Source: Pirellulales bacterium | GTDB taxonomy: Bacteria; Planctomycetota; Planctomycetia; Pirellulales; PALSA-1355 | Length of the DNA: 64,000 nucleotides | Direction: 5' to 3' | Assembly: GCA_041750795.1 (NCBI GenBank) | Contig: JBGSYQ010000064.1 | Span: 5,016 to 69,015, forward strand | Shown: positions 49,373-59,542 of the stretch, piece after piece | Numbering within the stretch: the first letter of the stretch is position 1 | Layout: each line of letters begins with the position of its first letter | Notes under the pieces: model-generated | Databases searched by the model: none | Told to the model about the DNA's origin: nothing | What the model saw: only the letters and a program-made list of their open reading frames with translations | Translations under genes and position numbers: made by a program

Positions 49373-49466
49373 AGAGGCATAGGCGAGAGGCTGGAGACTG
49401 GAGGCGGAACGCTGAAGGAACAGACCAATTCAAGCAGCGCAAGCTCGGCCGAAGGCAGCGATTTTT

Positions 49467-49501
<35 letters not shown>

Positions 49502-49506
49502 CCTGT

Positions 49507-50514
49507 CTAAAGCGCCATCGTTTCGGGAAACTCGTGCATGAGGTTGAAGTTTTGCACCGCGGCGCCGCTGGCGCCCTTGATCAGATTGTCGAGACAGCTA
49601 ATCGTAATCAGGCGGCCGCGGACCATCCGCGCCGTGATGTCGCAAAAGTTGGTGTCGCTGGTGTCCTTCGTGCCGGGCAGGTGATTCACCACGCGAATGA
49701 ACGGCTCGTCGGCATAAAACTCACGCAAGGTCGCCAGCGCCGCATCTTCGGTCAGGTCGCCCACCGGCTGCGAGTAACAAGTCGAGAGAATGCCGCGGTC
49801 CATCGGAATCAAATGCGGCGTGAAAATCACTTCCACGTCCTTCTCGCTGGCCAGGCTCAACACTTGCTCGATTTCCGGCGTGTGCCGATGCCGGCCGACG
49901 TTGTAGGCCGACACGCTCTCGTTCACCTCCGGAAAGTGCGTCATTAACTTGGGCGTGCGACCCGCGCCCGATACGCCGCTCTTCGAATCGATGATAATCT
50001 CGCGCGGGGCAATCAAGCCGCGCTTGATGAGCGGCGCCAGCGCCAGGATGGCCGACGTGGGGTAACAGCCCGGATTCGCCACCAGCCTGGCGCCGCGAAT
50101 CTGCTCGCGAAACAGCTCGGGCAGGCCATAGACGGTCTTGCCGAGCCGATCGGGATCGACGTGCTTCTGGCCGTACCAGTCGGCATACGACTCGGGGCTG
50201 TTGAGCCGATAGTCCGCGCTCAAATCGACGACGCGCATGCCGGCATCGAGCAGCTTGGGCACCAACGCCGCGGTCACGCCGTGCGGCAAGCAACTGAAAG
50301 CCACGTCGGCGCGGGCGGCGATCTCGGCCGGCTGCAAGTCGGCCATGCACAGGTCGATCCGCCCGGCCAGTTGCGGGTGGACGCTGGCCACGTGCGGGTT
50401 GTCCTCGCTGCGGCTGGTCAGCGCCGTAATCTCCGCCTCCGGATGGCGCAGCAGGATCTTCATCAGCTCCAGAGCCGTGTAACCCGTAGCGCCAATGATG
50501 GCAACGCGAATCAT
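49507..50514 (-). CDS. argC: N-acetyl-gamma-glutamyl-phosphate reductase
   Basis: 335 aa with [32 protein letters not shown], the active-site context NPGCYPTS and the typical ArgC tail. Confidence 0.95.
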   Translation of the reverse strand: MIRVAIIGATGYTALELMKILLRHPEAEITALTSRSEDNPHVASVHPQLAGRIDLCMADLQPAEIAARADVAFSCLPHGVTAALVPKLLDAGMRVVDLSADYRLNSPESYADWYGQKHVDPDRLGKTVYGLPELFREQIRGARLVANPGCYPTSAILALAPLIKRGLIAPREIIIDSKSGVSGAGRTPKLMTHFPEVNESVSAYNVGRHRHTPEIEQVLSLASEKDVEVIFTPHLIPMDRGILSTCYSQPVGDLTEDAALATLREFYADEPFIRVVNHLPGTKDTSDTNFCDITARMVRGRLITISCLDNLIKGASGAAVQNFNLMHEFPETMAL

Positions 50515-50725
50515 GGAGGCAAGCGTGCAAGAAGGTTGAAGATCCAGGCAAACCAGCAGATGCGACAGTATATCGAAAGCACGTCGAATCGGCTACGCCG
50601 CCAGACCTTGCGCCGCGGCAGCCAGCCATCAGACTCAGGACGCAGGACAGCGGCCAAGGGTTCGCCGGTGGTGCGTAAACCTGCGCGGGCCGCGAGATGC
50701 TCCAGTCGGAGATACGGCCCCGCGC

Positions 50726-51679
50726 TCATTCGCGCCAGCCGGTCGCGTCGATCCGCCGCAGTTCGCCCTCGATGTCCGTGCCTTCATAAAACGACAGCCA
50801 GCCTTGGATGCGGCGCGTCTCACCCGGCGGGCAATCCGCAAACTTCGGATCCGAGTGCAGGCAGGGGCAGCGCTCGTTGCCCCAGGGACGATGGCAGGGC
50901 GCCCAGGCCGTGATCACCCAGCGACGACCGTCCTGCGAACGGCAGGCGGCATACGGCGCACGGAACACTTTGTTGTCGTTGGTTTGCAGCTCGAACCCGG
51001 CGGCCCCTTTGAGCATCACGCAATTTTGCACGCGCAAGTCGGAGAGCACTTCGGACGTGTCGTTCAACAGCCACATCTCCATGCGCACTGCCGTCGGCGT
51101 CGGCGTCACCTTCGTGCCAAAGCGAATGCCATTGGGCAGCACGCGCTTGAACTCCAGCACGCCCCCCTTGCCGCGCGTCCACTCCAACGGCTCCAACTCG
51201 ATGCCGGAATTCGTCCAGATCGTCGGTACGTGCGTGTGCGCCAGGTAGGTCAAGCCCAGGTTCGACCAGATGGCCTCCGGCACGTCGGCCACCACGTAGC
51301 TTTGCTCGTCCCAGGGACAAAACACACTGATCTTCGTATCGCGCTGCGGGCGAACCGCCCCCTCCAGAAAGCCGATCCGCGGGTGGCGTCCGCCCGGATA
51401 AGGCAGCACCCGCAGCGGCTCGCCCGGCTGGCGGCGCGGCTTGTTCTCTGGCGTGATTTCGAAGCGCTCGATCGCCTCGGCAATGGCCTGCGGCGAGAGC
51501 CCGGTGGCCGCGTGGATCTCGTCCGTGGTAAAGCGATGGTGCCAGACCATGTTGGTCAGCCAATAGCGAAGTTGCGCGTCCCCCTCCGGCATCCGGTGGT
51601 TGGCGGGCTCGGCGGCAGTCGCCACCAGCGCCAACAGCGCGATCGATGCGAAAACGACAACGCGAACGTGCTTCGACAT
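50726..51679 (-). CDS. Hypothetical secreted protein
   Basis: Start set at MSKHVRVVVFASIALLALVATAA (signal peptide). The Cys-rich C-terminus is CHRPWGNERCPCLHSDPKFADCPPGE. I recognise no family. Confidence 0.55.
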   Translation of the reverse strand: MSKHVRVVVFASIALLALVATAAEPANHRMPEGDAQLRYWLTNMVWHHRFTTDEIHAATGLSPQAIAEAIERFEITPENKPRRQPGEPLRVLPYPGGRHPRIGFLEGAVRPQRDTKISVFCPWDEQSYVVADVPEAIWSNLGLTYLAHTHVPTIWTNSGIELEPLEWTRGKGGVLEFKRVLPNGIRFGTKVTPTPTAVRMEMWLLNDTSEVLSDLRVQNCVMLKGAAGFELQTNDNKVFRAPYAACRSQDGRRWVITAWAPCHRPWGNERCPCLHSDPKFADCPPGETRRIQGWLSFYEGTDIEGELRRIDATGWRE

Positions 51680-51740
51680 GGGCTGTTCAACCGCAAGCAA
51701 CGACTCAATGGCAGCAACGGCCTACGTACTTGTGCCGCTG

Positions 51741-53153
51741 TTAGCGGCGGCCGAAAGCGTACAGCGCTTTATCCGTGCGAACGTACACGCGACCATCGGC
51801 CAGCACCGGCGAGGCGCAAATCTGCTCGCCGAAATCGCGCGCGCCGACGACTTCCAGCGGCGGCCCCAGCCGAAACACGGTGACCTCGCCCGCCTTGCTG
51901 GCCACATAGATCTTGCCATCGCCGCCGGCCGGCGAGGCATAGTAATTCCCGCCGCCCCGCGCCCGCATCTGTTTCACCAGCTTGCCGGTGGCCGCGTCGA
52001 GCAACGTCGCCACGCCGCCGTCCTTGACCATGAACACGTGGCCCCGATAGATCAACGGGCTGGGCACGTACGACAAGCCGCGCTCGTATTGCCAGGCCAG
52101 TTCCGGCTCACCGCCGCTGTTCTGGGCCGGCCGCAGCACCGTCAGCGTGTTACGCGCCAGCTCGAAAACTTGCGCGTACTTGTTCCACTCGTCCTCGTCC
52201 AACGACTGGCTGTCGTCCAGGTCGATGCGATAGAAGCGCGATTGCACTTCGCCGGCCGGCAGTTCCGATTTCTCCAAGCGAGCGTTCTTGTTGGCGTCCC
52301 ACTGAGCCAATGCCTGCGACCAGGGCTCCATGGCAATCCGCGCGTCGGTATCCCCGCCCGGCGACCAGGTACACACGTACAACGCCCCGTCGGCCAGCGC
52401 CGGCGTGGGATTGACAATGCGCGCAAAACCATCGCGCGACCACAGCGGCTTGCCGTCGCGCGGGTCGTAGGCCACCAGTTGCAACGCGCCGGCCATCACA
52501 ATCTGCTTCTTGCCGCCCTGCTCCCAGAGCACCGGGGTGGCGTAGCTGCGCGTGAATCCATCGCGCGGAGTCTGCCAGGCCGTCTCGCCATTGTCGGCCC
52601 GCACGGCAATCAGAAAGCTGTCCAGATCGTGGTCTTCGCACAGCACCACCTTGCCGTCGACCAGGATCGGCGAGCTGGCCGAGCCGAACTCGTCGCGAAA
52701 CGGTCCCATCCGCCGCGTCCAGACCGGATCTCCGGCCATCGTGTAGCACAGCAGCCCATAGCTGCCAAAGAACGCGTATACGCGCTGACCGTCCGAAGCC
52801 GGCGTCGAGGAAGCAGGGCTCCCCTCGGCGTGGTTCTTCTCCAGTTGATCGGCGCGGACGGTTTGCTTCCACAGCACGTCGCCCGTGGCCCGATCCAGGC
52901 AGATCGTCGACAGGTCGTGCCCCTCGTGGGCCGTCAGCAGCATGCGATCGCCAACCACCAGCGGCGTCGAATGTCCGGGCGCAAGCGCGGTCTTCCACAA
53001 CAGGTGCTCATCGTCGAGCTCGGCCGGCAGCGGTTGGCTGTCGACGGCCGCGCGGCCGTGATCGTGGCGGAAGTAGTTCACCTGCTGAGCGCTGGCGCAC
53101 GCGACCAAAGCACTCCAGGCCGCCAGCAACAGGATCGACAATCTACAATTCAT
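51741..53153 (-). CDS. PQQ-like beta-propeller repeat protein (paralog of 41761-43254)
   Basis: Start set at MNCRLSILLLAAWSALVACASA. It has the same repeat architecture as 41761-43254 and an acidic EF-hand-like insert (WDANKNARLEKSEL.., IDLDDSQSLDEDEW). Confidence 0.8.
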   Translation of the reverse strand: MNCRLSILLLAAWSALVACASAQQVNYFRHDHGRAAVDSQPLPAELDDEHLLWKTALAPGHSTPLVVGDRMLLTAHEGHDLSTICLDRATGDVLWKQTVRADQLEKNHAEGSPASSTPASDGQRVYAFFGSYGLLCYTMAGDPVWTRRMGPFRDEFGSASSPILVDGKVVLCEDHDLDSFLIAVRADNGETAWQTPRDGFTRSYATPVLWEQGGKKQIVMAGALQLVAYDPRDGKPLWSRDGFARIVNPTPALADGALYVCTWSPGGDTDARIAMEPWSQALAQWDANKNARLEKSELPAGEVQSRFYRIDLDDSQSLDEDEWNKYAQVFELARNTLTVLRPAQNSGGEPELAWQYERGLSYVPSPLIYRGHVFMVKDGGVATLLDAATGKLVKQMRARGGGNYYASPAGGDGKIYVASKAGEVTVFRLGPPLEVVGARDFGEQICASPVLADGRVYVRTDKALYAFGRR

Positions 53154-53211
53154 GCTCGATGGCCCCACGTCCACGACGTTCGTTGGTGAGTATTCGATCA
53201 CGCCGCCCGGA

Positions 53212-54291
53212 TCACTGCGTCGCCAGATCCTGCGACGCATTGATGAGCGAGCCGGGAATCGGTCCCAGGCCCAGCAGCGACAGCGCCAGGTTGCCGCCGT
53301 CGCCGTTGCGAATCGGCTGCAACGGCGCGCCGGTATAGTCGGGCCGGTCGGCTTGCGGGTTGGCACGAGACGAAGGATTCAGCTCGTACAGGTCGCGGCC
53401 CGGCGCCACCCCGGCGCCCCACACGTAAAACGGTATGGTGTAGTTGAGCACGTTGCTGTTGATGCCGTGGTTGAGTCCCAGCCCGCCGTGGTCGGCCGAA
53501 AGAATGATCGTCGTCTTGTCCTGGAAGCGCTCGTCGCTGGTCACCAGCTCGAGCACGCGCGCCAATTGGCCGTCGACGTGCGCCATGGCTTCCATGTATT
53601 CAGGGCTCCCCCAGCCCTTGGCGTGACCCTTGCCGTCGGTATCGGCATAGTGGAGGAAGACGTAGTTGAACGGATTGGCTTTCATTTCTTCGATGAAGCG
53701 ATCGGTCATGGCCGCGGTGTTGCCATCTTTGACGTACAGGTCGATCTTCTTGCGGCCGTTGTCCTCTCCGGTGGTGTCGGGCGCGCCGTTGCGGGCATCG
53801 TACGACTGCTCGTACAGCACGAACTTGCTCTTCGAAGCGAGCATGGCCGTACGCAACCCGTTGTCGTGCGCAACGTCGAACGCGCTGGCCACGTAGTCGA
53901 GCCGGCTGTTGTGCAGATTTCGATCGCCCGGATCGGAATTGATGGTCCACAGGTGCCCGGCAATGGCCTCCGGGTCGGCGGCCCGATCCTTGACCGGACG
54001 GCCCGTGATCATACAGGTGTGGTTGGGCAGCGTGATCGTAAAGTCGTAGTCGGTGCGCGCGTTGTGCGTCCAGGCTCCTTCGCGCTGCAATCGCTCGAAC
54101 GTCGGCAGTTTCCCCTCGGCCAGCAGCGCCTCCAAATGCTTGGGCGCCAGTCCGTCGACGCTGATCTGAATCACGTATTCCGCGGCCGCGTCGGTCGCCA
54201 GCGAGCGAGCGGCCGCCGCGCAGTGCAGCACGGCAGCCAGGGCGAGAACGTAGCCGGCGTGGCCAAGCCATCGGTTCGAATGGAAATTCAC
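53212..54291 (-). CDS. Nucleotide pyrophosphatase/phosphodiesterase (alkaline-phosphatase superfamily, NPP type)
   Basis: 359 aa with a signal peptide. ISVDGL, nucleophile context TLPNHTCMITG, HYADTDGKGHAKG and LSADHGG. Confidence 0.75.
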   Translation of the reverse strand: MNFHSNRWLGHAGYVLALAAVLHCAAAARSLATDAAAEYVIQISVDGLAPKHLEALLAEGKLPTFERLQREGAWTHNARTDYDFTITLPNHTCMITGRPVKDRAADPEAIAGHLWTINSDPGDRNLHNSRLDYVASAFDVAHDNGLRTAMLASKSKFVLYEQSYDARNGAPDTTGEDNGRKKIDLYVKDGNTAAMTDRFIEEMKANPFNYVFLHYADTDGKGHAKGWGSPEYMEAMAHVDGQLARVLELVTSDERFQDKTTIILSADHGGLGLNHGINSNVLNYTIPFYVWGAGVAPGRDLYELNPSSRANPQADRPDYTGAPLQPIRNGDGGNLALSLLGLGPIPGSLINASQDLATQ

Positions 54292-54383
54292 GGCCTGCCT
54301 CAGGAATTCAGTAGGACAGTAGGAATGGTTCTGGTATGACGCGCAAGCGCATGCCCTTTATTCTAATCGGCCGCCGGGCGATT

Positions 54384-55712
54384 TCATACGTTGGCCGGCG
54401 TGGCCCAATGGCCGCCTTCGCGATACTTGCGGCGGACCAGCGCGGCGGCATCCGGGTTGTTGGTCACCCGCTCGCTGGCCGGATCGAACTCCAACTGCCC
54501 GCGCACCCGCGTGGCAATGTTGCCCAGGTGGCACAGGGCGCTCGAGCGGTGATTGATTTCAATGTCGGCCGTGGGGCGCTCGCCCGACTTGATACAGGCG
54601 ATGAAATTGTCGTGATGCGCTTGCAGGTCGGGTTCGCCCTTGCTGACTTCCTCGATGAGCTTGTTGCGCGGGCCGAAGATTTTGTAACCGCCCCGCTTGC
54701 CCAGCAGCATCATCCCCTGCGTGCCGTAAAAAGCATCGCCGTTCTCGAATCCCTCCTGCACGTAGGGAGACCAGATGCGCTGCTCGAAGATGAGCTGCCG
54801 CTTCTGCCCGCTGGCGCCGTCGCCGGCATATTCGAACACGACGTACTGCGTGTCGGCGTGCTGCTGGTCGTCGTCGAAGAAATACTTGCCGCCCAGCGCC
54901 GCGATCGACGATGGGTGCGTTTCGACCCCCAATCCCCACAGCGCGATGTCGATGTCGTGGACGCCGTCGTTGCCCATGTCGCCGCAGCCGAAGTTGTACC
55001 ACCAGCGCCAAATGCTCGGCAGCAGATTCGATTGATAGGGCACCATCTCGGCCGGGCCAACCCATGCGTCGTAGTCCAGGGTCGAAGGCGCGTCGCCGGG
55101 CTGCTGCTTGCCGATCGAGCCGCGGCGCTGGCTGTTCCAGGCCTTGGCGACCAGCACATCGCCGATCGCGCCCTGGTGCAGCTTTTCCATACCCTCGCGC
55201 ACGTGGGCCGTGCTGCGGCTTTGCGTGCCGACTTGCACCACCTTCTTGTTGCGGCGCGCGGCGTCGACCATCAGTCGCCCTTCGCGCAGATTGTGGGCAC
55301 ACGGCTTCTCGACGTAGACGTGCTTGCCGGCGTCGCAGGCCAGGATCGTGGCCGGTCCGTGCCAATGGTCGGGCGTGGCAATCCACACCGCGTCGACCGA
55401 CCTGTCGTCGAACACCTGCCGCATGTCCTTGACGGTCTTGGGCGAGCCACTGCCGTGCTGCTCGGCAAGTTTCACGGCGCTGGCCAGACGCACCTCGTCC
55501 ACGTCGCACAAATACGCCAGCTCGACCCCCTTGTTCCTGGCCAACAGTTCCACGTGGTGGCTGCCCATGCCGCCGGGCCCAACCACGGCGACTTTCAAAC
55601 GTTCGTTGGCACTTTTGCCATCGGCAGCCTCGGACCAGGCGAGCACGGCCGCCGCGGCGGCGGTGCCTTGGGCGCTGCGTTTCAGGAATTCACGTCGATC
55701 GTGCGTGGACAT
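54384..55712 (-). CDS. Gfo/Idh/MocA-family oxidoreductase with TAT signal
   Basis: 442 aa with DRREFLKRSAQGTAAAAAVL, VAVVGPGGMG and VYVEKPCAH. Confidence 0.85.
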   Translation of the reverse strand: MSTHDRREFLKRSAQGTAAAAAVLAWSEAADGKSANERLKVAVVGPGGMGSHHVELLARNKGVELAYLCDVDEVRLASAVKLAEQHGSGSPKTVKDMRQVFDDRSVDAVWIATPDHWHGPATILACDAGKHVYVEKPCAHNLREGRLMVDAARRNKKVVQVGTQSRSTAHVREGMEKLHQGAIGDVLVAKAWNSQRRGSIGKQQPGDAPSTLDYDAWVGPAEMVPYQSNLLPSIWRWWYNFGCGDMGNDGVHDIDIALWGLGVETHPSSIAALGGKYFFDDDQQHADTQYVVFEYAGDGASGQKRQLIFEQRIWSPYVQEGFENGDAFYGTQGMMLLGKRGGYKIFGPRNKLIEEVSKGEPDLQAHHDNFIACIKSGERPTADIEINHRSSALCHLGNIATRVRGQLEFDPASERVTNNPDAAALVRRKYREGGHWATPANV

Positions 55713-55787
55713 GGCGTGCCTCGTGCGGGTTTGGGGGTGGAGCGGGGAAGGCCGGGTCGTTGCCGCCGCGCGGAGCGGCGGCGCAAA

Positions 55788-57731
55788 CTATTCGAGCAGA
55801 TATTCCTTCACGAACAAGATCGTGGCGTAAAACTGAAAATCGGCGTTCTTCTTCTTGGCAAAACCGTGACCTTCGTCCTCGGCCATCAGGTACCAGACCG
55901 GCGTATTGTTCTTTTGCAGCGTTTCGACGATCTGCACCGATTCCGAGAGCGGCACCCGCGGGTCGTTCTTGCCTTGCACGACGAACAGCGGCTTCTTGAT
56001 CTTGTCGGCGTGGTTCAGCGGCGCGATCTCTTCCAGAAACGCCCGCATCTTCGGATCGCGCTCGTCGCCGTACTCCACGCGGCGCAGGTCGCGACGATAG
56101 CTCTCGGTGTTCTCCAGAAACGTGACCAGGTTCGAGATGCCCACCACGTCCAGCGCGCAGCGGATGTGGTCGCTATACCGCGTGGCAACGGCCAATGTCA
56201 TGTGGCCGCCATAGCTGCCGCCGGTGACCATGATGCGATTCTCATCCAGGTCGTCGCGCTTGCGCATCCAGTCGAACAGCGCGGCGATGTCCCGATACGT
56301 GCCCTCGCGCAGAAAGCCATTGTCGAGCTGCAGGAACGACTTGCCATAGCCGGCAGATCCGCGCACGTTGGGATAAACCAGCGCCACGCCAAGCTCGTTG
56401 AGATAATAGTTGTTGCGCGCCAGGAAGCCGGGGCGCGATTGGCCTTCTGGCCCGCCGTGAATCACGACGATGACCGGGCGCTTGCCCGTGAATTTGGCCG
56501 GCGGGTTGTAGAGAAAGCCGGAAATCTCCCGATCGTCGAACGATTTCCACTTGATCAGCTCGGGCTCGGAAAACTTCTCGGCGTCGAGTCCGCCCGTCTC
56601 GCTCTTGGTCCAGCGGTCGACCTTGCCGGTGGTGATATCCAGCGAGTACACGTCGGCCGGCGAACGCGCCGAAGTCATCACGAAGCCCAGGTCGCGATTG
56701 TTGTCGTGCCACTCCAGCCCGCCGATCACGGCCGAGGGCAACTCGGGCAACGGCCGTTCCTGCTTCGTTTCGAGATCGAGCACGTGCAGCCGGCTGATGC
56801 CGTTCTCGTTGGTCACAAACGCCAACAGTTTGCCGTCCTTCGACAGATCGCCCCCTTCGACGTCCCAGGGAATGTCGCCGGAGAGTACCGTCTCTTTCTT
56901 GCTCGCCAGATCCAGGTAAACCAGGCGATGAAACTCCGAATCGCGATCGGTGGTCACATAGATGCCCTGGCCGTCGGCGCTGAAGGCAATCGGTCGATAG
57001 GCAATCTTTTCGGTGCTTTGCTTGGGTGTCACCAGCGTCTTTTTGCCGCTGGCCACGTCGACCAGCCAGATAGTGCTCTCGTTGATCGACACGTATTCGT
57101 ACGCCAGCAATTGTTGGTCGTCGGGCGACCAGTCGACGACGCCCCAGCCGCCCCCTTGGTTTTCAGTCAGCAGCTTGCCGCTTTCGGGATCGGCGGGATC
57201 CATCGTATAGAAATCAACATCGGCGCCGGTCCGGCGGGTCGATCCATAAACCACGCGGTCGCCAGAAGTCGACCAGCGGGCGCCGGTGTTGCGCGACTTG
57301 CCGTCGGTCAGCAGCGTGCCCTGCCCCGCGGCCAGATCGTAGCGAAACAGTTGGAAGAATTCGCTGCCGCCGGCATCCTTGGAGAAGACAAAGTAGTCGG
57401 GCCGGCTGGGCTGATACGAAGCGCCCCCCACGCGATCGGCATAAAACGTGACTTGCTCGCGCGCCGCTCCGGGCGCGGCCACGCGGTGGACCTGGTTGGT
57501 GTCGCCAAAGCGCGTGGAGATCAGCATTTCGCGCTTCGTGGGATGCCAGTCCGACAAGCCGGCCGAGCGGAATTCGGTGTAGCGGTTGGCGCTTTCGGCC
57601 AGTGCCGCGGGAATGGGCGGAATGCCCGCGACCACCAGGTTGTCGCCCGGCGTAAGAACCGCCGCTTCTTCTCCCCACAACAAGCCCGCCGAAAGCAGGC
57701 ACACGCAGCATGCCAGGCCAAATCGCTTCAT
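55788..57731 (-). CDS. S9-family serine peptidase (prolyl oligopeptidase / dipeptidyl aminopeptidase type)
   Basis: Start set at MKRFGLACCVCLLSA. The N-terminal region is propeller-like. The C-terminus is alpha/beta hydrolase with VIVVIHGGP, nucleophile VTGGSYGGHMT, the D in VVQGKNDPRVP, and GHGF. Confidence 0.9.
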   Translation of the reverse strand: MKRFGLACCVCLLSAGLLWGEEAAVLTPGDNLVVAGIPPIPAALAESANRYTEFRSAGLSDWHPTKREMLISTRFGDTNQVHRVAAPGAAREQVTFYADRVGGASYQPSRPDYFVFSKDAGGSEFFQLFRYDLAAGQGTLLTDGKSRNTGARWSTSGDRVVYGSTRRTGADVDFYTMDPADPESGKLLTENQGGGWGVVDWSPDDQQLLAYEYVSINESTIWLVDVASGKKTLVTPKQSTEKIAYRPIAFSADGQGIYVTTDRDSEFHRLVYLDLASKKETVLSGDIPWDVEGGDLSKDGKLLAFVTNENGISRLHVLDLETKQERPLPELPSAVIGGLEWHDNNRDLGFVMTSARSPADVYSLDITTGKVDRWTKSETGGLDAEKFSEPELIKWKSFDDREISGFLYNPPAKFTGKRPVIVVIHGGPEGQSRPGFLARNNYYLNELGVALVYPNVRGSAGYGKSFLQLDNGFLREGTYRDIAALFDWMRKRDDLDENRIMVTGGSYGGHMTLAVATRYSDHIRCALDVVGISNLVTFLENTESYRRDLRRVEYGDERDPKMRAFLEEIAPLNHADKIKKPLFVVQGKNDPRVPLSESVQIVETLQKNNTPVWYLMAEDEGHGFAKKKNADFQFYATILFVKEYLLE

Positions 57732-57777
57732 CGCCGTCCCCTTCTTGGCGCCAAGTGAATGTGCGGCAAAGGGTCGA

Positions 57778-57864
57778 CCGAAAAACAACTTCTCCGCAAC
57801 TCCCCTCGCCCCTTGTGGGAGAGGGTTGGGTGAGGGGTTAGAGAATCAGGAGGTTGTTTTTCGG
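57778..57864. repeat. Palindromic intergenic repeat (full copy)
   Basis: The outer arms CCGAAAAACAAC (57778-57789) and GTTGTTTTTCGG (57853-57864) are perfectly complementary. The core is tcccctcgccccttgtgggagagggttgggtgagggg. A partial inverted copy lies at 641-705. Confidence 0.7.
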
Positions 57865-58058
57865 TCTCCCCCAAAGGGCCCCGTACCGGGGCGTATCGCT
57901 TGAGCTTAAGGGCGCTGCGCCCCGGTTGCAATGGTTTTCGGGCGCCGCCCTGGCGTCATCCCCTGCCTCGGGAGCAACTGATTTACAACCGATCGCGTCA
58001 GAACTATGTTAGCCATTACCCCAATGATTGCGCAGCGCCGCCATTTCCCCCAAGGATC

Positions 58059-59366
58059 ATGTCGATGAAAACGTTTGCCCCGGGTCTCGCCCTCTGGCTG
58101 CTCTGCGCCGCGGCGCTGGCCGCAGATGCTCCCAAATTCAACGTCGGCGTCGCCAGCCGCGACATCACGCCGCAAGCGCCGACGCCCATGTGGGGCTATG
58201 GCGCCCGCCATGCGCTGCTCTCGCAGGGAACCCTCGATCCGCTGATGGCCAAGGCCGTGGTAATCGAGGCCGGCGACGCCCGGCTGGCCATCGTGGGCCT
58301 CGACATCGGTCGCGGCCCCACGCCCGACATGATGGCGCAGATTCGCAAGGACGTGGCCGAACAGGCCGGCGTGGACTACGTGTTGATCAGCGGCAGCCAC
58401 ACGCACCACGGACCGGTCATCGAGCTGACCAATCGCGAAGGCCTGGGCAAGGGCAAGTTCGACGATGCCGTGGCCTATAGCCAGCGCCTGCCCGGCCTGC
58501 TGACCGAGGCCATCGTCGCAGCGGCCAAGAGCGCCGTGCCGGCCAAGATCGGCGTGGCCAGCCGCAACTTGGAGCTCAATCGCAATCGCCACACCAAGCG
58601 CCAACCGAAGCCCACCGATCCGGAGCTGGCCGTCATTCGCATCGATACGCTCGACGACAAGCCGCTGGCCGTGATCGTCAACTACGCGGCCCATCCGGTG
58701 ACGCTGCCCGGCGACCTGCTGAAGTTTTCGCGCGACTATCCCGGTCCGCTGCAGGATCGGGTCGAGTCGGTCCTCGGCACGCATTGCGTGTTCATGCAAG
58801 GCGCCTCCGGAGACATGAGCCCCAACCGCGGCGACCTGGATACCAAGGGATACGGCCAGGCCTTGGGCGACCACGTGGTTTCACTGGCACAGTCGATCGA
58901 AACCAAGCTGCCCGAGCGGCCGTCGATTCAAGCCACCGTCGAGCGCTTCGAGTTCAGCAGCCGGGTGAACTTCTCCAACCCACTGCTGGCGATCAGCTTT
59001 GAACAGGCGTTCTTTCCCGAGCTGGTGCGCAACTTCTTTCGCGAGTTTCAGAACGGCATTACGCCGGAGCTGTCGACCGTGCTGGTCAATGGCGACTTGG
59101 CGCTGGTCGGCGGCTCGGGAGAGTTCTTCTGCAACCATTCCAATCGCCTGAAGGAACGGGCCTACGTTCCCAACCTGCTGTTCTTCGGCTACTGCAACGG
59201 CCACCACATGTACTTCCCCACCATCGAAGCGGCCAGCGAAGGCGGCTACGGCGGCGACCCCGCCGTCGCGCCCGTCCAGATCGGCGGCGGCGAAATCATG
59301 ATGAACCGCGCGCTGGTCAATCTCTACACCATGCTCAAAAAATTCCCGCCGGAGACGATCGAGTAA
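58059..59366 (+). CDS. Neutral/alkaline ceramidase-like hydrolase, secreted
   Basis: Start set at MSMKTFAPGLALWLLCAAALA. VGVASRDITP, MWGYG and ISGSHTHHGP resemble the neutral ceramidase N-terminal domain. Confidence 0.65.
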   Translation: MSMKTFAPGLALWLLCAAALAADAPKFNVGVASRDITPQAPTPMWGYGARHALLSQGTLDPLMAKAVVIEAGDARLAIVGLDIGRGPTPDMMAQIRKDVAEQAGVDYVLISGSHTHHGPVIELTNREGLGKGKFDDAVAYSQRLPGLLTEAIVAAAKSAVPAKIGVASRNLELNRNRHTKRQPKPTDPELAVIRIDTLDDKPLAVIVNYAAHPVTLPGDLLKFSRDYPGPLQDRVESVLGTHCVFMQGASGDMSPNRGDLDTKGYGQALGDHVVSLAQSIETKLPERPSIQATVERFEFSSRVNFSNPLLAISFEQAFFPELVRNFFREFQNGITPELSTVLVNGDLALVGGSGEFFCNHSNRLKERAYVPNLLFFGYCNGHHMYFPTIEAASEGGYGGDPAVAPVQIGGGEIMMNRALVNLYTMLKKFPPETIE

Positions 59367-59370
59367 TCCC

Positions 59371-59542
59371 CTAGCCAGTAGTTTCTAGCACTTTGATGAT
59401 TGAATCTGCGTCTTTCTCGGCCTTCACAGCGTTTTCGCATGTCGCCGCACACCGCGAGACATGTGAATATTCCCGCGACATGACAAAACGCTTGGATTTC
59501 TGGCATTTCAACGTTCGGAAAGTCCTAGAAACTACTGCCTAG
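59371..59542. repeat. 172-bp MITE-like imperfect palindrome with 18-bp terminal inverted repeats
   Basis: The ends are CTAGCCAGTAGTTTCTAG (59371-59388) and CTAGAAACTACTGCCTAG (59525-59542), complementary at 17/18. A nested inner pair gcgttttcgcatgtcgc / gcgacatgacaaaacgc is present, and the interior is A/T-richer. Confidence 0.5.

Noticed and set aside
54336-57758. Very long ORFs in the track: 54336..57758+ (1140 aa), 724..3027+, 29415..31718-, 31794..33746+, 33920..36334+, 46026..47957+, 11952..13937-, 15456..16865-.
   Set aside because: Each lies antisense to, or out of frame with, a gene carrying clear family signatures. Their translations are Arg/Ala/Gly/Pro-rich low-complexity strings typical of stop-codon-poor shadow frames in high-GC DNA. 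One of them even spans two independent real genes.
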